Assembly: GCA_964595465.1 (NCBI GenBank)
Contig: CAZQQI010000001.1
Coordinates: forward strand, 4,952 to 68,951
Source: an uncultured Planctomycetales bacterium
Lineage (GTDB): Bacteria; Omnitrophota; Gorgyraeia; Zapsychrales; JANLHA01
Length of the DNA: 64,000 nt
Reading direction: 5' to 3'
Shown here: positions 16,232 through 25,814 of the stretch, in pieces
How positions within the stretch are numbered: position 1 is the first letter of the stretch
How the letters are laid out: each line of letters begins with the position of its first letter
Notes under the pieces: generated by a model
The model's database searches: none
The model's input: only the letters and a program-made list of their open reading frames with translations
What the model was told of the DNA's origin: nothing
Translations under genes and position numbers: made by a program

Positions 16232-16584
16232 TCCTGCCCCCTCTCTATCCCCTGAATATTAATATTGATATCTTTCAGATCAATGTCCACGGTCTGTTCG
16301 ATCGCTTCGCGGACGGCATCCTGGGCGCGGGCCGCTACCTCAGGAATGCTCAGACCGTATTCGATCCAGACAGCAACGTCGACGACGACCTGGCTGCTGG
16401 CATCCACACTGACCGAAACGCCGGGATGCTTGCGGATCCCGAAAAGGCTTAGGCCTTGCGAGAGGACGCTTTTATCCTCTACCTTAATGCCTTTGATATC
16501 CTGCAGGGCATTGGCCGCGATATCCGCTATGACCTTTTTATGGATCTTGATCGATCCGAGATCGACTTTACTGAACTGTGACAT
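16228..16584 (-). CDS. Asp23/Gls24 family protein (YqhY-like)
   Basis: LGSIKI...VIA.IA, YG..IPEVA...Q..V...I, INI.IQGI. Confidence 0.88.
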   Translation of the reverse strand: MSQFSKVDLGSIKIHKKVIADIAANALQDIKGIKVEDKSVLSQGLSLFGIRKHPGVSVSVDASSQVVVDVAVWIEYGLSIPEVAARAQDAVREAIEQTVDIDLKDININIQGIERGQE

Positions 16585-16586
16585 GG

Positions 16587-17942
16587 TTAAGCCTCCGCCT
16601 CGTTTTTCATGTATTTTTCAATAAAATGGGTTGTCGCCTTCCCGTCCATAAAAACAGGATGGGACAGGATATCCGTATGCAGATCGATGGTGGTCTTGAT
16701 CGGGCTGACATAAAATTCATCCAGGGCCCTCAGCATGATCTGGATGGCTTCTATACGGTCGCTGCCGTAGGTGATCAGCTTGGCCACCATGGAATCATAA
16801 TACGGACTGATGGTGTATCCAGGATAAATATGGGTGTCGACCCGTACGCCCCGTCCGCCGGGCATGTTCAGCTCTTCGATCTTTCCCGGAGAGGGCATAA
16901 AGTTGTTCTTGGGGTCTTCAGCATTGATCCGGCATTCAACCGCCGCCCCTTCCAGACGGACATCCTTCTGGGAGAGGGTCAGCTTCTCGCCGGCCGCCAT
17001 GCGGATCTGTTCCTTGACCAGGTCTATGCCGGTGACCATTTCCGTGACCGGATGTTCGACCTGGATACGGGTGTTCATCTCCATGAAGAAAAATTCTCCC
17101 GACGCGTCAAGCAGGAACTCGATGGTGCCCACGCCTTCATAGTCGACGGATTGGCTGGCCTTGACCGCTGCGTCCCCCATGGCCTGACGCAGCTCATCGG
17201 TCAGAGCCGGTGAAGGCGATTCTTCGACCAGTTTCTGGTGGCGGCGCTGGATACTGCAGTCACGCTCGCCGAGATGGATCGTGTTGCCGAATTGATCCGC
17301 CAGGATCTGAAATTCGATATGGCGGGGGTCTGTGATATATTTTTCAATATAGACATCCGGGTTGCCGAAATTGGCCTCGGCTTCCTGACGGGCCATGGAA
17401 AACGCGCTGGTCAGGGTGACATCGTTATGACACACGCGCATCCCTTTCCCTCCGCCGCCGGCGGCCGCCTTAATAATGACAGGATACTTAATGGTTTTGG
17501 CGATCTCTACGGCCTGTTTCTGGTCGGTCACCACCCCTTCTCCCCCGGGGGTCAGCGGCACGCCGATCTTACGCATGGTTTCCCGCGCCTGAACCTTGTC
17601 CCCCATCAGGCGGATGGTTTCAGGAGACGGACCGATAAAATGGATATTGCAGGATTCGCAGATCTCGGCGAAATGGGCGTTCTCCGCCAAAAACCCGTAC
17701 CCCGGGTGAATGGCGTCGACGTCGGTGACTTCGGCGGCGGAAATGATCGCCGGGATGTTCAGGTAACTGTCTGTGCTGACGGCCGGACCGATACAGACGG
17801 CTTCGTCGGCAAAACGGACGTGCAGAGAATAGCGGTCTGCTTCGGAAAACACCGCCACGGTCTGAACACCCATTTCCCGGCAGGCCCGGATGATCCGCAG
17901 GGCGATCTCTCCCCGATTAGCGATAAGAACTTTTGAAAACAT
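16587..17942 (-). CDS. accC: Acetyl-CoA carboxylase biotin carboxylase
   Basis: [42 protein letters not shown]. Confidence 0.96.
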   Translation of the reverse strand: MFSKVLIANRGEIALRIIRACREMGVQTVAVFSEADRYSLHVRFADEAVCIGPAVSTDSYLNIPAIISAAEVTDVDAIHPGYGFLAENAHFAEICESCNIHFIGPSPETIRLMGDKVQARETMRKIGVPLTPGGEGVVTDQKQAVEIAKTIKYPVIIKAAAGGGGKGMRVCHNDVTLTSAFSMARQEAEANFGNPDVYIEKYITDPRHIEFQILADQFGNTIHLGERDCSIQRRHQKLVEESPSPALTDELRQAMGDAAVKASQSVDYEGVGTIEFLLDASGEFFFMEMNTRIQVEHPVTEMVTGIDLVKEQIRMAAGEKLTLSQKDVRLEGAAVECRINAEDPKNNFMPSPGKIEELNMPGGRGVRVDTHIYPGYTISPYYDSMVAKLITYGSDRIEAIQIMLRALDEFYVSPIKTTIDLHTDILSHPVFMDGKATTHFIEKYMKNEAEA

Positions 17943-17985
17943 AGGATGTCTTTCTATAAAATGGTCAACGAAAAAAACGATTGGA

Positions 17986-18438
17986 TTATGCCGGTTCAAC
18001 GACAAACAGCGGCTGACCGAATTCAACCGGTTCGGCATTATTGGCCGTTATCTCAACGACCTTGCCCTTGACATCAGACTTGATCTCGTTCATCAGCTTC
18101 ATGGCCTCGACAATGCAGACCACCTGGCCGACATCCACATTCTGTCCGACCTCGACGAAGGGGGGCGATTCCGGCGACGAAGCGCGGTAGAACGTCCCCA
18201 CCATCGGAGAGGTGATCTCCACCCCGGAAGGAGCGGATTTCACCGGACCCTCAACCTGGACTGCAGGAGCCGCCTGAGGCGCGGCCTGCGGTGCCGGTTG
18301 AGGCGCCGCTGCGACCTGCGCGGGCTGAGACCCGCCTTTTTTGAGAGTGAGTTTGGAACCCTCGCGCTCGACCTCGATCTCGGTCAATTCGTTATCGTTC
18401 ATCAGCTTGACGATCTCTTTGATCTCTTTGAAATTCAT
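17986..18438 (-). CDS. accB: Biotin carboxyl carrier protein
   Basis: [15 protein letters not shown]. Confidence 0.96.
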   Translation of the reverse strand: MNFKEIKEIVKLMNDNELTEIEVEREGSKLTLKKGGSQPAQVAAAPQPAPQAAPQAAPAVQVEGPVKSAPSGVEITSPMVGTFYRASSPESPPFVEVGQNVDVGQVVCIVEAMKLMNEIKSDVKGKVVEITANNAEPVEFGQPLFVVEPA

Positions 18439-19001
18439 ATTTTGATCCTTTCAACGTATTCTGCCGTCCGGGTATCAATCTTGATCCTGTCCCCCTGCTC
18501 GACGAACAAAGGAACCTGGATCGTGGCGTCTGTCGCGATCCGGGCCGGCTTGGTCCCGGCCTTGGATGAGTCGCCCTTGAGCCCCGGTTCAGCGTAAGTG
18601 ATCTCAGCTTCGACGAAGATCGGCAGTATGATCTTCAGTACCTGCTGACCGTACATCAGACCGGTCACGGTCAAATTCTCCAATAAAAAATCCCTGGCGC
18701 TACCGATCTCATCCAGGGTGAGTTCCACCTGCTCGAATGTCTCATGGTTCATAAAATGATACGCGCCGCCGCCCTGATATAAAAATTCCAGCTCATGCTC
18801 TTCCAGCTGAACATCCTCCAGTTTATCCGCGGTCTTAAAGGTCTTTTCGACCACCGTGTCATTTTTGATGTTCTTGAGCTTAACCCGGGCGAAGGCTGTC
18901 CCTTTACCGGGCTTGACATGATGATAATCCTGGACCAGATAAAGGTCTCCGTCAATCATTAACCCCATGCCCGATGAAAGCTGATTGATCCCGATGGTCA
19001 T
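18435..19001 (-). CDS. efp: Elongation factor P
   Basis: HVKPGKG, PG.KGD, VPLFV..GD.IKIDTR. Confidence 0.96.
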   Translation of the reverse strand: MTIGINQLSSGMGLMIDGDLYLVQDYHHVKPGKGTAFARVKLKNIKNDTVVEKTFKTADKLEDVQLEEHELEFLYQGGGAYHFMNHETFEQVELTLDEIGSARDFLLENLTVTGLMYGQQVLKIILPIFVEAEITYAEPGLKGDSSKAGTKPARIATDATIQVPLFVEQGDRIKIDTRTAEYVERIKI

Positions 19002-19074
19002 ACGTGATGCTTCCCTTTGTCTTGTCCATTGAACCCGCGGACTCTGCCGGCCTTAGCCCTTCGTCCGATCCCGA

Positions 19075-20163
19075 TCAGCAGCGAAAGACCTGCGGTGCTT
19101 CCGGATCCTGACCCCGGCTTAAGATCTGACTTCCCTGTCCGGTTACCAGGACCATGTCCTCGACGCGTATCCCGTAATGCCCGGGACGATAAATGCCGGG
19201 CTCGACGGTCACCACCATGCCCGCGGAAAATGTCTCCCGGCTCTTAACAGAGACACGCGGGGGTTCATGGATCTCCAGACCCACACCGTGCCCCAGGGCA
19301 TGCGCGCAGTAGCGCAGTAAGTTGTTTTGCCGCAAGGATTTTCGCGCGGCCTGGTCCGCTTCCGCCACCGGACGCCCGGCAGCGATACCCGCGATCGCAC
19401 ACTGCTGGGCCTCGGCCACAGCACGATATGCCGCACGAATAGAATGGGGTATTTTATCGGAAAGGAAAATGCGTGTCAAGTCGCTCTTATACCCATTTTT
19501 CTCGATGCCGGCATCGACGAGAACCGGGTCCGCGGCCCGAATGCGGCGGCCGGTGACCCGGGCGTGCGGATAAGCGGAATTGGGACCGGAAGCCACGATA
19601 GGGTCAAAACTGAAGGAGACACCTCTGCGAAGGACAAAATCGGCCATGCGGTTTTTGATCTCCTGCTCTGTCTTTCCCGGCCGGATCACGCGCCGGAGAT
19701 AACGGAAAAGGTCCTGATTGATGCGGATGCTCTCGCGGATCGCCGCGATCTCAGCTTCGGTCTTGATCCGGCGCAGATCCTGGACACATCCGGAGACATC
19801 ACGCAGAACGGACTGGCGGGGACAATACTTTTTCAGTGTCTTCCAGAGCAACAAACTGATATGCCGGCCATCCACACCGGTCCGAAGACGGCTGTACCTC
19901 CCCAGGATGCGCGCTGTTTCAGCCGGCAGGCTTTTGCAGATCTCTTTGACAACCACTCCGTCCGGCGCCTGCTTTCTGACGTGTTCTGTATAGCGGGCAT
20001 CCGTTAAATAATACGTTTTGCGGGGCAGAACCAGCAGCCAGGCGTCTTCCGCCGGGACCCCGGTCAAATAGCGGATATCGGGCGGATGGACCACCAGATA
20101 GGCATCAAGTTTGGACTGTGCGATGCGGCGGCGGAATTGTGTGATCAGGGAATATGATGACAT
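19075..20163 (-). CDS. Xaa-Pro aminopeptidase (M24B)
   Basis: TDARY, SDLTR, GHGVGLEIHE, VEPGIY, RVED. Confidence 0.92.
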   Translation of the reverse strand: MSSYSLITQFRRRIAQSKLDAYLVVHPPDIRYLTGVPAEDAWLLVLPRKTYYLTDARYTEHVRKQAPDGVVVKEICKSLPAETARILGRYSRLRTGVDGRHISLLLWKTLKKYCPRQSVLRDVSGCVQDLRRIKTEAEIAAIRESIRINQDLFRYLRRVIRPGKTEQEIKNRMADFVLRRGVSFSFDPIVASGPNSAYPHARVTGRRIRAADPVLVDAGIEKNGYKSDLTRIFLSDKIPHSIRAAYRAVAEAQQCAIAGIAAGRPVAEADQAARKSLRQNNLLRYCAHALGHGVGLEIHEPPRVSVKSRETFSAGMVVTVEPGIYRPGHYGIRVEDMVLVTGQGSQILSRGQDPEAPQVFRC

Positions 20164-20275
20164 ACCTGTGAGGACATCCTATAATAAAGGCCGGAATAAC
20201 GGATATCTTCCGGCGGATATGTTGTGTTCATTGATGACAGCTCCGTCTGCCCCTGGTGACGGGCGGCCTGGTGAC

Positions 20276-20719
20276 TTATTCTTCTTCCAGCAGGCCGGCG
20301 ATGGCCTCCAGACCGAGCAGATAACTGTTGACCCCGAAGCCGCTGATCTGGCCGTCGGCGACCGGCGCGATCAGAGATGTATGCCGGAATTCTTCCCGGG
20401 CGTAAATGTTGGAGAGGTGGACCTCTATGACCGGAATATCCACCGCGGCGACAGCGTCGCGGATCGCCACACTCGTATGGGTATAGGCGGCCGGATTGAT
20501 CAGAACCGCGGAAAATCCAGCGGACCGGGCCTGGCCGATCTTATCGACAAGATCCCCTTCATGGTTGGATTGAAAGGTCTCCAGAGAGAGACCGCAGTCT
20601 TCGGCAAGGGAAACGAGCTGGTCGTTGACATCTTCCAGCGAGATCTCACCATAAATGCCTTTTTCCCGCTGTCCCAAAAGGTTGAGATTAGGTCCATGGA
20701 TCACGAGGATACGTTTCAC
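20276..20719 (-). CDS. aroQ: Type II 3-dehydroquinate dehydratase
   Basis: [35 protein letters not shown]; GTG start with AAGGAG. Confidence 0.95.
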   Translation of the reverse strand: MKRILVIHGPNLNLLGQREKGIYGEISLEDVNDQLVSLAEDCGLSLETFQSNHEGDLVDKIGQARSAGFSAVLINPAAYTHTSVAIRDAVAAVDIPVIEVHLSNIYAREEFRHTSLIAPVADGQISGFGVNSYLLGLEAIAGLLEEE

Positions 20720-20916
20720 GCCTGCTCCTTTTTTGCTGTGTCGTCGCTCCCGGGCTGCTCGGACTGTTCGGCCTCTTCGACCAGCAGGACCGGAATACCT
20801 TCCTTCACGGGGTAGCGCAATCCGCATTGCCGGCACCGCAGATGATCGGCCTGCTCCTGAAGGCTGCCCTGACAGGAAGGACAGGCCAGGATCTCGAGCA
20901 ATTCTTTATCCAGCAT
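20716..20916 (-). CDS. Trm112/YcaR family protein
   Basis: LLEILACP.C...C..C...YPV.EGIPVLL. Confidence 0.9.
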   Translation of the reverse strand: MLDKELLEILACPSCQGSLQEQADHLRCRQCGLRYPVKEGIPVLLVEEAEQSEQPGSDDTAKKEQA

Positions 20917-21301
20917 GCTGTTCTCCCTCTGGTGAGGATCCTGCTCCCTGCCCGGCACCCCGGGCAATATCCACGTATTTAACCTGCAGCTCGTAAACCG
21001 ACGCATTGATGAGGTCTTCTTCCTCTTTTGTCAGATTGCCCTGCGTCTTTTCTTTCAGCATGGCGAGGGTGTCGATCAGCAGGCGGGCCTGCTCCAAATT
21101 GACTTCGACTTTATTGTCGGCCATGGGGTTGCCCATAACTCCCAGAAAAATTAAGGCCTGCATGGTGAGGCTGGTGATATACGCCCGGAAGTCGAAGGGC
21201 TGCTCTTCATTCTTTTGATTCTGGTAGGCCTGGCCGGCTTCACTCTTGGTTTCGGCCGCGGCTTCTTTCCAGGATTCGTCGACATGTTTTTCGGCAGACA
21301 T
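20906..21301 (-). CDS. DUF1844 family protein
   Basis: VDESWKE, QAL..LG...NP, IDTL.ML..KT.GNL..EE. Confidence 0.85.
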   Translation of the reverse strand: MSAEKHVDESWKEAAAETKSEAGQAYQNQKNEEQPFDFRAYITSLTMQALIFLGVMGNPMADNKVEVNLEQARLLIDTLAMLKEKTQGNLTKEEEDLINASVYELQVKYVDIARGAGQGAGSSPEGEQHAG

Positions 21302-21341
21302 AATGCCCCTTTCTTAATATATGTTTTGATACAACGGATTT

Positions 21342-21370
21342 AGATTATCAGACCGGTTCCGGCTTGTCAA
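21342..21370 (-). promoter_or_regulatory. sigma70 promoter for the DUF1844-aroQ block
   Basis: TTGACA-N17-TAATCT with TG extension. Confidence 0.65.
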
Positions 21371-21379
21371 TATAACCTG

Positions 21380-22081
21380 TCATTCGCTGACCTCGAAGGA
21401 GATCACGACATTAAACGATAATTCCGGATAATCCAGACCCGACGGGAACGGCGGGAATGGGGCCGATTCTTTAATGCTGCGCAGAGCCACCCCGCGCAGG
21501 TAGCTGTTAGCCCGGGTGCGGTCATCGATGATCTTGACCTGCTTAAGGCTTCCGTCGGCGGCCAGGACAAAGGCCAGATAAACTTCTCCTTCGGCGAAAC
21601 GCGGATCGTCGACATAAAAATAAGCGCGGTTCCTGATCCGGTTGCGGACCTGCTCGTGATAGGTCAGGTAGCCGGCGGAGGCCATTTTTTCTGATTTCAG
21701 AACCGGAACTTTGATCGCCCGTTTGCCTTTCCACTGTTTGATCCGGGTCAGGGCCTTTTGGGGGGCAGGACGGCTGGCGCTTTTGGCGCGCGAGGGCTTG
21801 GGAAGGGGCAGCGGCATTTCCGCCCTTTCCGGCCTGGTGATCTTGGGGAAATACGGGTCTTTGGGCTTAGCCACCGGCTGCATACCCTTCTTAGGCGATG
21901 GGGTCTGTGCCGGCTGATTGGGTAAGGACTGATAAACAATGGAGGTCGTGCTGTGTTTGACCTGGACCCGGTCTTTCCACTGGGTAAAAAAGAAGACAAT
22001 GAAAAGAAAAACATGAATCAGCAGGGATGTGATCAGGGCGTAACGGAAGATCCTGTTTTCCAGGGTGATGAACGTCGGCAT
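21380..22081 (-). CDS. TonB/TolA C-terminal domain protein
   Basis: TM helix with S...H motif (SLLIH), Pro/Lys linker, G.V...F....DG...A..SI..SAPFPPFP. Confidence 0.8.
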   Translation of the reverse strand: MPTFITLENRIFRYALITSLLIHVFLFIVFFFTQWKDRVQVKHSTTSIVYQSLPNQPAQTPSPKKGMQPVAKPKDPYFPKITRPERAEMPLPLPKPSRAKSASRPAPQKALTRIKQWKGKRAIKVPVLKSEKMASAGYLTYHEQVRNRIRNRAYFYVDDPRFAEGEVYLAFVLAADGSLKQVKIIDDRTRANSYLRGVALRSIKESAPFPPFPSGLDYPELSFNVVISFEVSE

Positions 22082-22768
22082 TCAGGCCTTTTCTTTCTGT
22101 TTGTTCCGCCGGAAAATTTCGCGCAGATAATAACGGAGAAAATTCAGGGTATCCCTCAGCGGATTGATCTTACTGTGTTCTCCGGCATAAATGGTGCTGA
22201 TATCAACGCTGCTGATCGGATAGCCGGCACGCGACGCCTGGACCAGGACCTCGGTCTCGATCTGAAATTCACTGCTTTCCAGAGAGACCTTGCGCAGGAT
22301 ATCGCAATGAATATAGCGGAATCCGCACTGGGTGTCGGGAATGCGCTGACGGCATAAATGCGAGATCAGAACAGACATGACGCGGTTGGTCCATAAACGG
22401 ACCAGGGGCATGGCCCGGACATCACGCATACGCGAGCCGCTGATGATCCCGACGGGACACGCTCTGGCGGCTTCCAGGAACGCCGGCAGATCCTGGGCTA
22501 AATGCTGACCGTCACCGTCCATGGTGATCACACCGTCGTAGTTTTCTGCGAGGGCGTGCGCAAAACCGTGCCGCAGGGTGGCGCCTTTGCCGGAGCGGGC
22601 GGGACGTCTGAGCACCCGGGCCCCGGCCTCCCCCGCCAAACGGGCGGATTCATCTGTCGATCCGTCGTCTACGACAATGATATCCATTCCGTACTCCCGG
22701 ACCGCTGCCACGACGCCGGCGATATATTCTGCTTCGTTATGGATAGGGATCACGACGCAAAACTTCAT
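22082..22768 (-). CDS. GT2 glycosyltransferase (DPM1-like)
   Basis: VIP..NE, VVDDGSTD, MDGDGQH, DTQCGFR. Confidence 0.92.
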   Translation of the reverse strand: MKFCVVIPIHNEAEYIAGVVAAVREYGMDIIVVDDGSTDESARLAGEAGARVLRRPARSGKGATLRHGFAHALAENYDGVITMDGDGQHLAQDLPAFLEAARACPVGIISGSRMRDVRAMPLVRLWTNRVMSVLISHLCRQRIPDTQCGFRYIHCDILRKVSLESSEFQIETEVLVQASRAGYPISSVDISTIYAGEHSKINPLRDTLNFLRYYLREIFRRNKQKEKA

Positions 22769-23661
22769 GTATGAGTCACCTTTTCCGGGCCTTTCCGGGA
22801 ATCGATCCAGAACCTGCGGAAGATCAGCCATTGGGCGGGATCTTCACGGATATAATATTCCAGAACAGCGGCCTGCTGATCTAAAAAATGTTCGACAAAA
22901 GAACCCTCGTCAACGTTGGGATAACCGTCCGGCTGTTCAAACAGATCTCCGATAAGGAGACGGTACGTATCGTCGTCATTACGGTAAAGAAAAGCAGGCA
23001 GGACTGCCGCGCCGGTCCGGTAAGCAAAAAGCGCGGCGCCTTTGGGGATCATGGTCAGATGCCCGAAAAGCGGCCGCGGTTCGCCGGTAGCGGTAAAATC
23101 GCGGTCAGCCAGCATGGCCACGATGCCGTTGTCTTTCAGCACGCGCAGGCAGCGGCGGATGGATAAATTGACCGGGACCACGTTCATGCCTTTGAGACGC
23201 CGCTGCTGATTGAACAGTTCGTTGACCTTGCGTTCCCGGTGCGGAAGCGCGATCGCGGTAACCGGATAACCCAGATGTCCCACGAGCAGACCGCCTAATT
23301 CCCAGTTCCCCAGATGGGCGGTCAGCAGGATCACACCTTGTCCGCGGGCAAGCGCCTTTTCTAATTTTTCAAATCCGGTTAAAAACAGCCGGTCCTGCAG
23401 CAAGCTGTCATTAAGATCGTGTTTGATGCGGAAAAAATCGACCAGGAATTTTCCGAAATTTTTAAAGACCTGCCGGGACAGATCATCAAGAGGCGCGTGC
23501 GGACCGCAGACAGCCCTTAGATTTTTCCGGACGGCCTGCCGGTCACGCGGGGAGAGCCGGAACTGTATTCCGGCAAAAAACTCTGCCAGAGAATACGCGG
23601 CTTTCCGCGGGATAAGATTGATCAGCCATTGCCCGATTTTGTAAAGCAGATATTTGACCAT
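22765..23661 (-). CDS. LpxL/PatA-family acyltransferase
   Basis: TAHLGNWE, LADRD, GAALFA..TGA, P.QW. Confidence 0.88.
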   Translation of the reverse strand: MVKYLLYKIGQWLINLIPRKAAYSLAEFFAGIQFRLSPRDRQAVRKNLRAVCGPHAPLDDLSRQVFKNFGKFLVDFFRIKHDLNDSLLQDRLFLTGFEKLEKALARGQGVILLTAHLGNWELGGLLVGHLGYPVTAIALPHRERKVNELFNQQRRLKGMNVVPVNLSIRRCLRVLKDNGIVAMLADRDFTATGEPRPLFGHLTMIPKGAALFAYRTGAAVLPAFLYRNDDDTYRLLIGDLFEQPDGYPNVDEGSFVEHFLDQQAAVLEYYIREDPAQWLIFRRFWIDSRKGPEKVTHT

Positions 23662-23688
23662 GCCTGACAGGTGCGTTAAACAGCCGGA

Positions 23689-24852
23689 TTAAATGTCGAC
23701 TTTTTCATCCAGGATCAATTTGGCGATATCCAGCGCGCCGTGAGGATGCGCTTCGGCGTAGGCGGCCTTGCGCATGTCCGCGATCTTGTCCGGTGATTTC
23801 AGCACAAGTTCGATCTCCTCGCCGATGTCGCTGGTTTTATCGATACGGATGGCGATGCCTTTTTTCAGCAGAAAATCGGTATTGCGCATCTCCTGGCCCG
23901 GCAGAGGATTGACGATCACCATAGGCAGCCCTTTGGACAGACATTCGCTGGTGGTCATGCCCCCGGGTTTGGTCACGATCAGGGTCGCGATCTCCATCAG
24001 TTCATCGACATTATTGGCGTATTCGTAAAACAGCAGGGTCTTGTTGGCATGTGACTTTTTACGTTTTTTGCTGCGCTGTTTGCCCAGCCATTTCATCAAT
24101 TTTTTATTGACCCCGGTCAGCACGATCATCTGCAAGGGGCTGTCGATCTTTAACAGCGAACGCACCACATCACGGATCGGTCCCAGACCCTGACCTCCGC
24201 CCATGATCAGGACGGTGGGGACTGACGGGTCGATGCCCAGTTTTTTGGCGATGGGTTTTTTGTCAAGCTGAACAGAAAATTTGGACCGGATCGGAATGCC
24301 GTAAACTTTAATGCTGTCTTCAGAGATCCCTTTGGTCATAAACCGTTCTTTGGCCTCGCTCGAAGGGACGACGTAATAATCCACACCTTCGTTCAGCCAG
24401 AAGGAATGCGGGGCGTAATCTGTCAGAACACCGACAAGTTTGAATGTGGCGCCGCAGTCGCGTTTGTAGGCCGCGACCATCCCGCAGGGAAAGGCCTGTG
24501 TGCAAACAATGGTGTCGGGGCGGTATTTTTTTACCAGGCGGTCGATCTTGTCATGACTGGTCTTGTGCAGAAAATCTTTGATCGGTTTAGATTTCTTAAC
24601 AATTTTGGGGTTGTCGTACATGTAGTCCCAGACTTTGGGGGTGGTTTTGATCACGCCCATGTAGGCGCTGTTGACCACCTTTTCCAAACGGGGATAGGTG
24701 TAGCCGAAACCGTTGACCGTCGGGGCTTCGGCATTAGGGTCAAGCTGTTTGACGGCGCGCTGAATGGCCATGGTCGCCTGCCGGTGGCCCGACACCCGGG
24801 TAATGTACATCAGCAGGATCCGCCGTTTTTTGGTCCGCGAATGAGGCGTCAT
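23689..24852 (-). CDS. UgtP/MGDG-synthase family glycosyltransferase (GT28)
   Basis: SGH..A, TDY..H..W, GIPI, MGGG.G.G, TKPGG.T.SE, PGQE..N. Confidence 0.9.
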   Translation of the reverse strand: MTPHSRTKKRRILLMYITRVSGHRQATMAIQRAVKQLDPNAEAPTVNGFGYTYPRLEKVVNSAYMGVIKTTPKVWDYMYDNPKIVKKSKPIKDFLHKTSHDKIDRLVKKYRPDTIVCTQAFPCGMVAAYKRDCGATFKLVGVLTDYAPHSFWLNEGVDYYVVPSSEAKERFMTKGISEDSIKVYGIPIRSKFSVQLDKKPIAKKLGIDPSVPTVLIMGGGQGLGPIRDVVRSLLKIDSPLQMIVLTGVNKKLMKWLGKQRSKKRKKSHANKTLLFYEYANNVDELMEIATLIVTKPGGMTTSECLSKGLPMVIVNPLPGQEMRNTDFLLKKGIAIRIDKTSDIGEEIELVLKSPDKIADMRKAAYAEAHPHGALDIAKLILDEKVDI

Positions 24853-25103
24853 TCTGAACTGTCCTTCCTAATTTCAATCTCGGCGATCGGTGCGCCGATC
24901 TGTACGGTTTCGCCCGGGGACACCAGTATTTTTTTCAAAATGCCGTTTTCTCCAGCGGCAATGTTAAAGGTCGCCTTGTCCGTGACCGCCTCGGCAACAT
25001 CATCATCGGTCCGGACAGCGTCCCCTTCTTGAACATGCCAGCAGGCAACCACCGCTTCGGTAATATCTTCGCCCAATTCCGGGACACAGATCTCTTTTTT
25101 CAT
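24849..25103 (-). CDS. Stand-alone lipoyl-carrier domain (E2-type)
   Basis: VPELGE....V..W....GD, TDKA lipoylation motif. Confidence 0.88.
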   Translation of the reverse strand: MKKEICVPELGEDITEAVVACWHVQEGDAVRTDDDVAEAVTDKATFNIAAGENGILKKILVSPGETVQIGAPIAEIEIRKDSSE

Positions 25104-25126
25104 TTTCTACTCCTGATAAAATCCTA

Positions 25127-25747
25127 TTATTCAGGGAACGCATCTCTGAATGTCTGAACCAGGCGGTCTTTGGCTACGTTCATATCGACCGGCTCACCCT
25201 TTTCCCGGGCCATTGAGGTCATCTGCACATCCAGGCCGCAGGGTTTGATCAAAGAGAACAACTCCAGATCGGTATTAATATTGATCCCTACACCGTGAAA
25301 GCTGATCCACTTTTTGATCCCGATCCCGATCGAAACACATTTCCGCGGCCCGACCCACACCCCTGTGCGGCCGCTCATCCTTTCTCCCACTATATCAAAT
25401 TGGGCCATAAAATCAATCGCAACCTGCTCTAATTGATGAAGATAACGGTGAAGATCCCGGCCGTGACGGGTGAGATCCAGAATGGGGTAAGCGACCAGCT
25501 GACCCGGTGCGTGCAGGGTCACGTCCCCTCCGCGGTCCACGTCTAAAGTACGAATGCGGTGCTCTACCAACCACTCCGAACCCTTGAGAACGTGTACCTT
25601 GTGCGCGCTTCTGCCTAAGGTCAATACAGCCGGATGCTCACAGAGCAAAAGCCGTTCTCCTTCTCCCTGGCGCACCTTCTCAACCTGCTCGTACTGAAAT
25701 TGCAGCGCTGAGGCATACCCAATTGTTCCCAGATCAACAATGATCAT
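25127..25747 (-). CDS. lipB: Octanoyltransferase LipB
   Basis: EHP.V.TLGR, RGG.VT.H.PGQLV.YP, HG..IN, PCG. Confidence 0.94.
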   Translation of the reverse strand: MIIVDLGTIGYASALQFQYEQVEKVRQGEGERLLLCEHPAVLTLGRSAHKVHVLKGSEWLVEHRIRTLDVDRGGDVTLHAPGQLVAYPILDLTRHGRDLHRYLHQLEQVAIDFMAQFDIVGERMSGRTGVWVGPRKCVSIGIGIKKWISFHGVGININTDLELFSLIKPCGLDVQMTSMAREKGEPVDMNVAKDRLVQTFRDAFPE

Positions 25748-25754
25748 GTTTTTC

Positions 25755-25805
25755 AAAAAGAAAGGCCGGGGACCTGATCACGCGCTGCCGCGTCCCATCT
25801 CCGGC
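25755..25805 (-). terminator. Possible hairpin plus U-tract between icd and lipB
   Basis: Minus strand GCCGG...ACGCG-GCAG-CGCGT...CCGGC followed by CTTTCTTTTT. Confidence 0.4.
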
Positions 25806-25814
25806 TGGGTTCCA

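Noticed and set aside
18260-18330. PQAA-coding repeats in accB
   Set aside because: Ordinary Pro/Ala linker of BCCP
20190-20275. GCCGGAA/TTCCGGC hairpin and duplicated CCTGGTGAC between aroQ and pepP
   Set aside because: Short and GC-rich, with no U-tract or family match; within chance expectation
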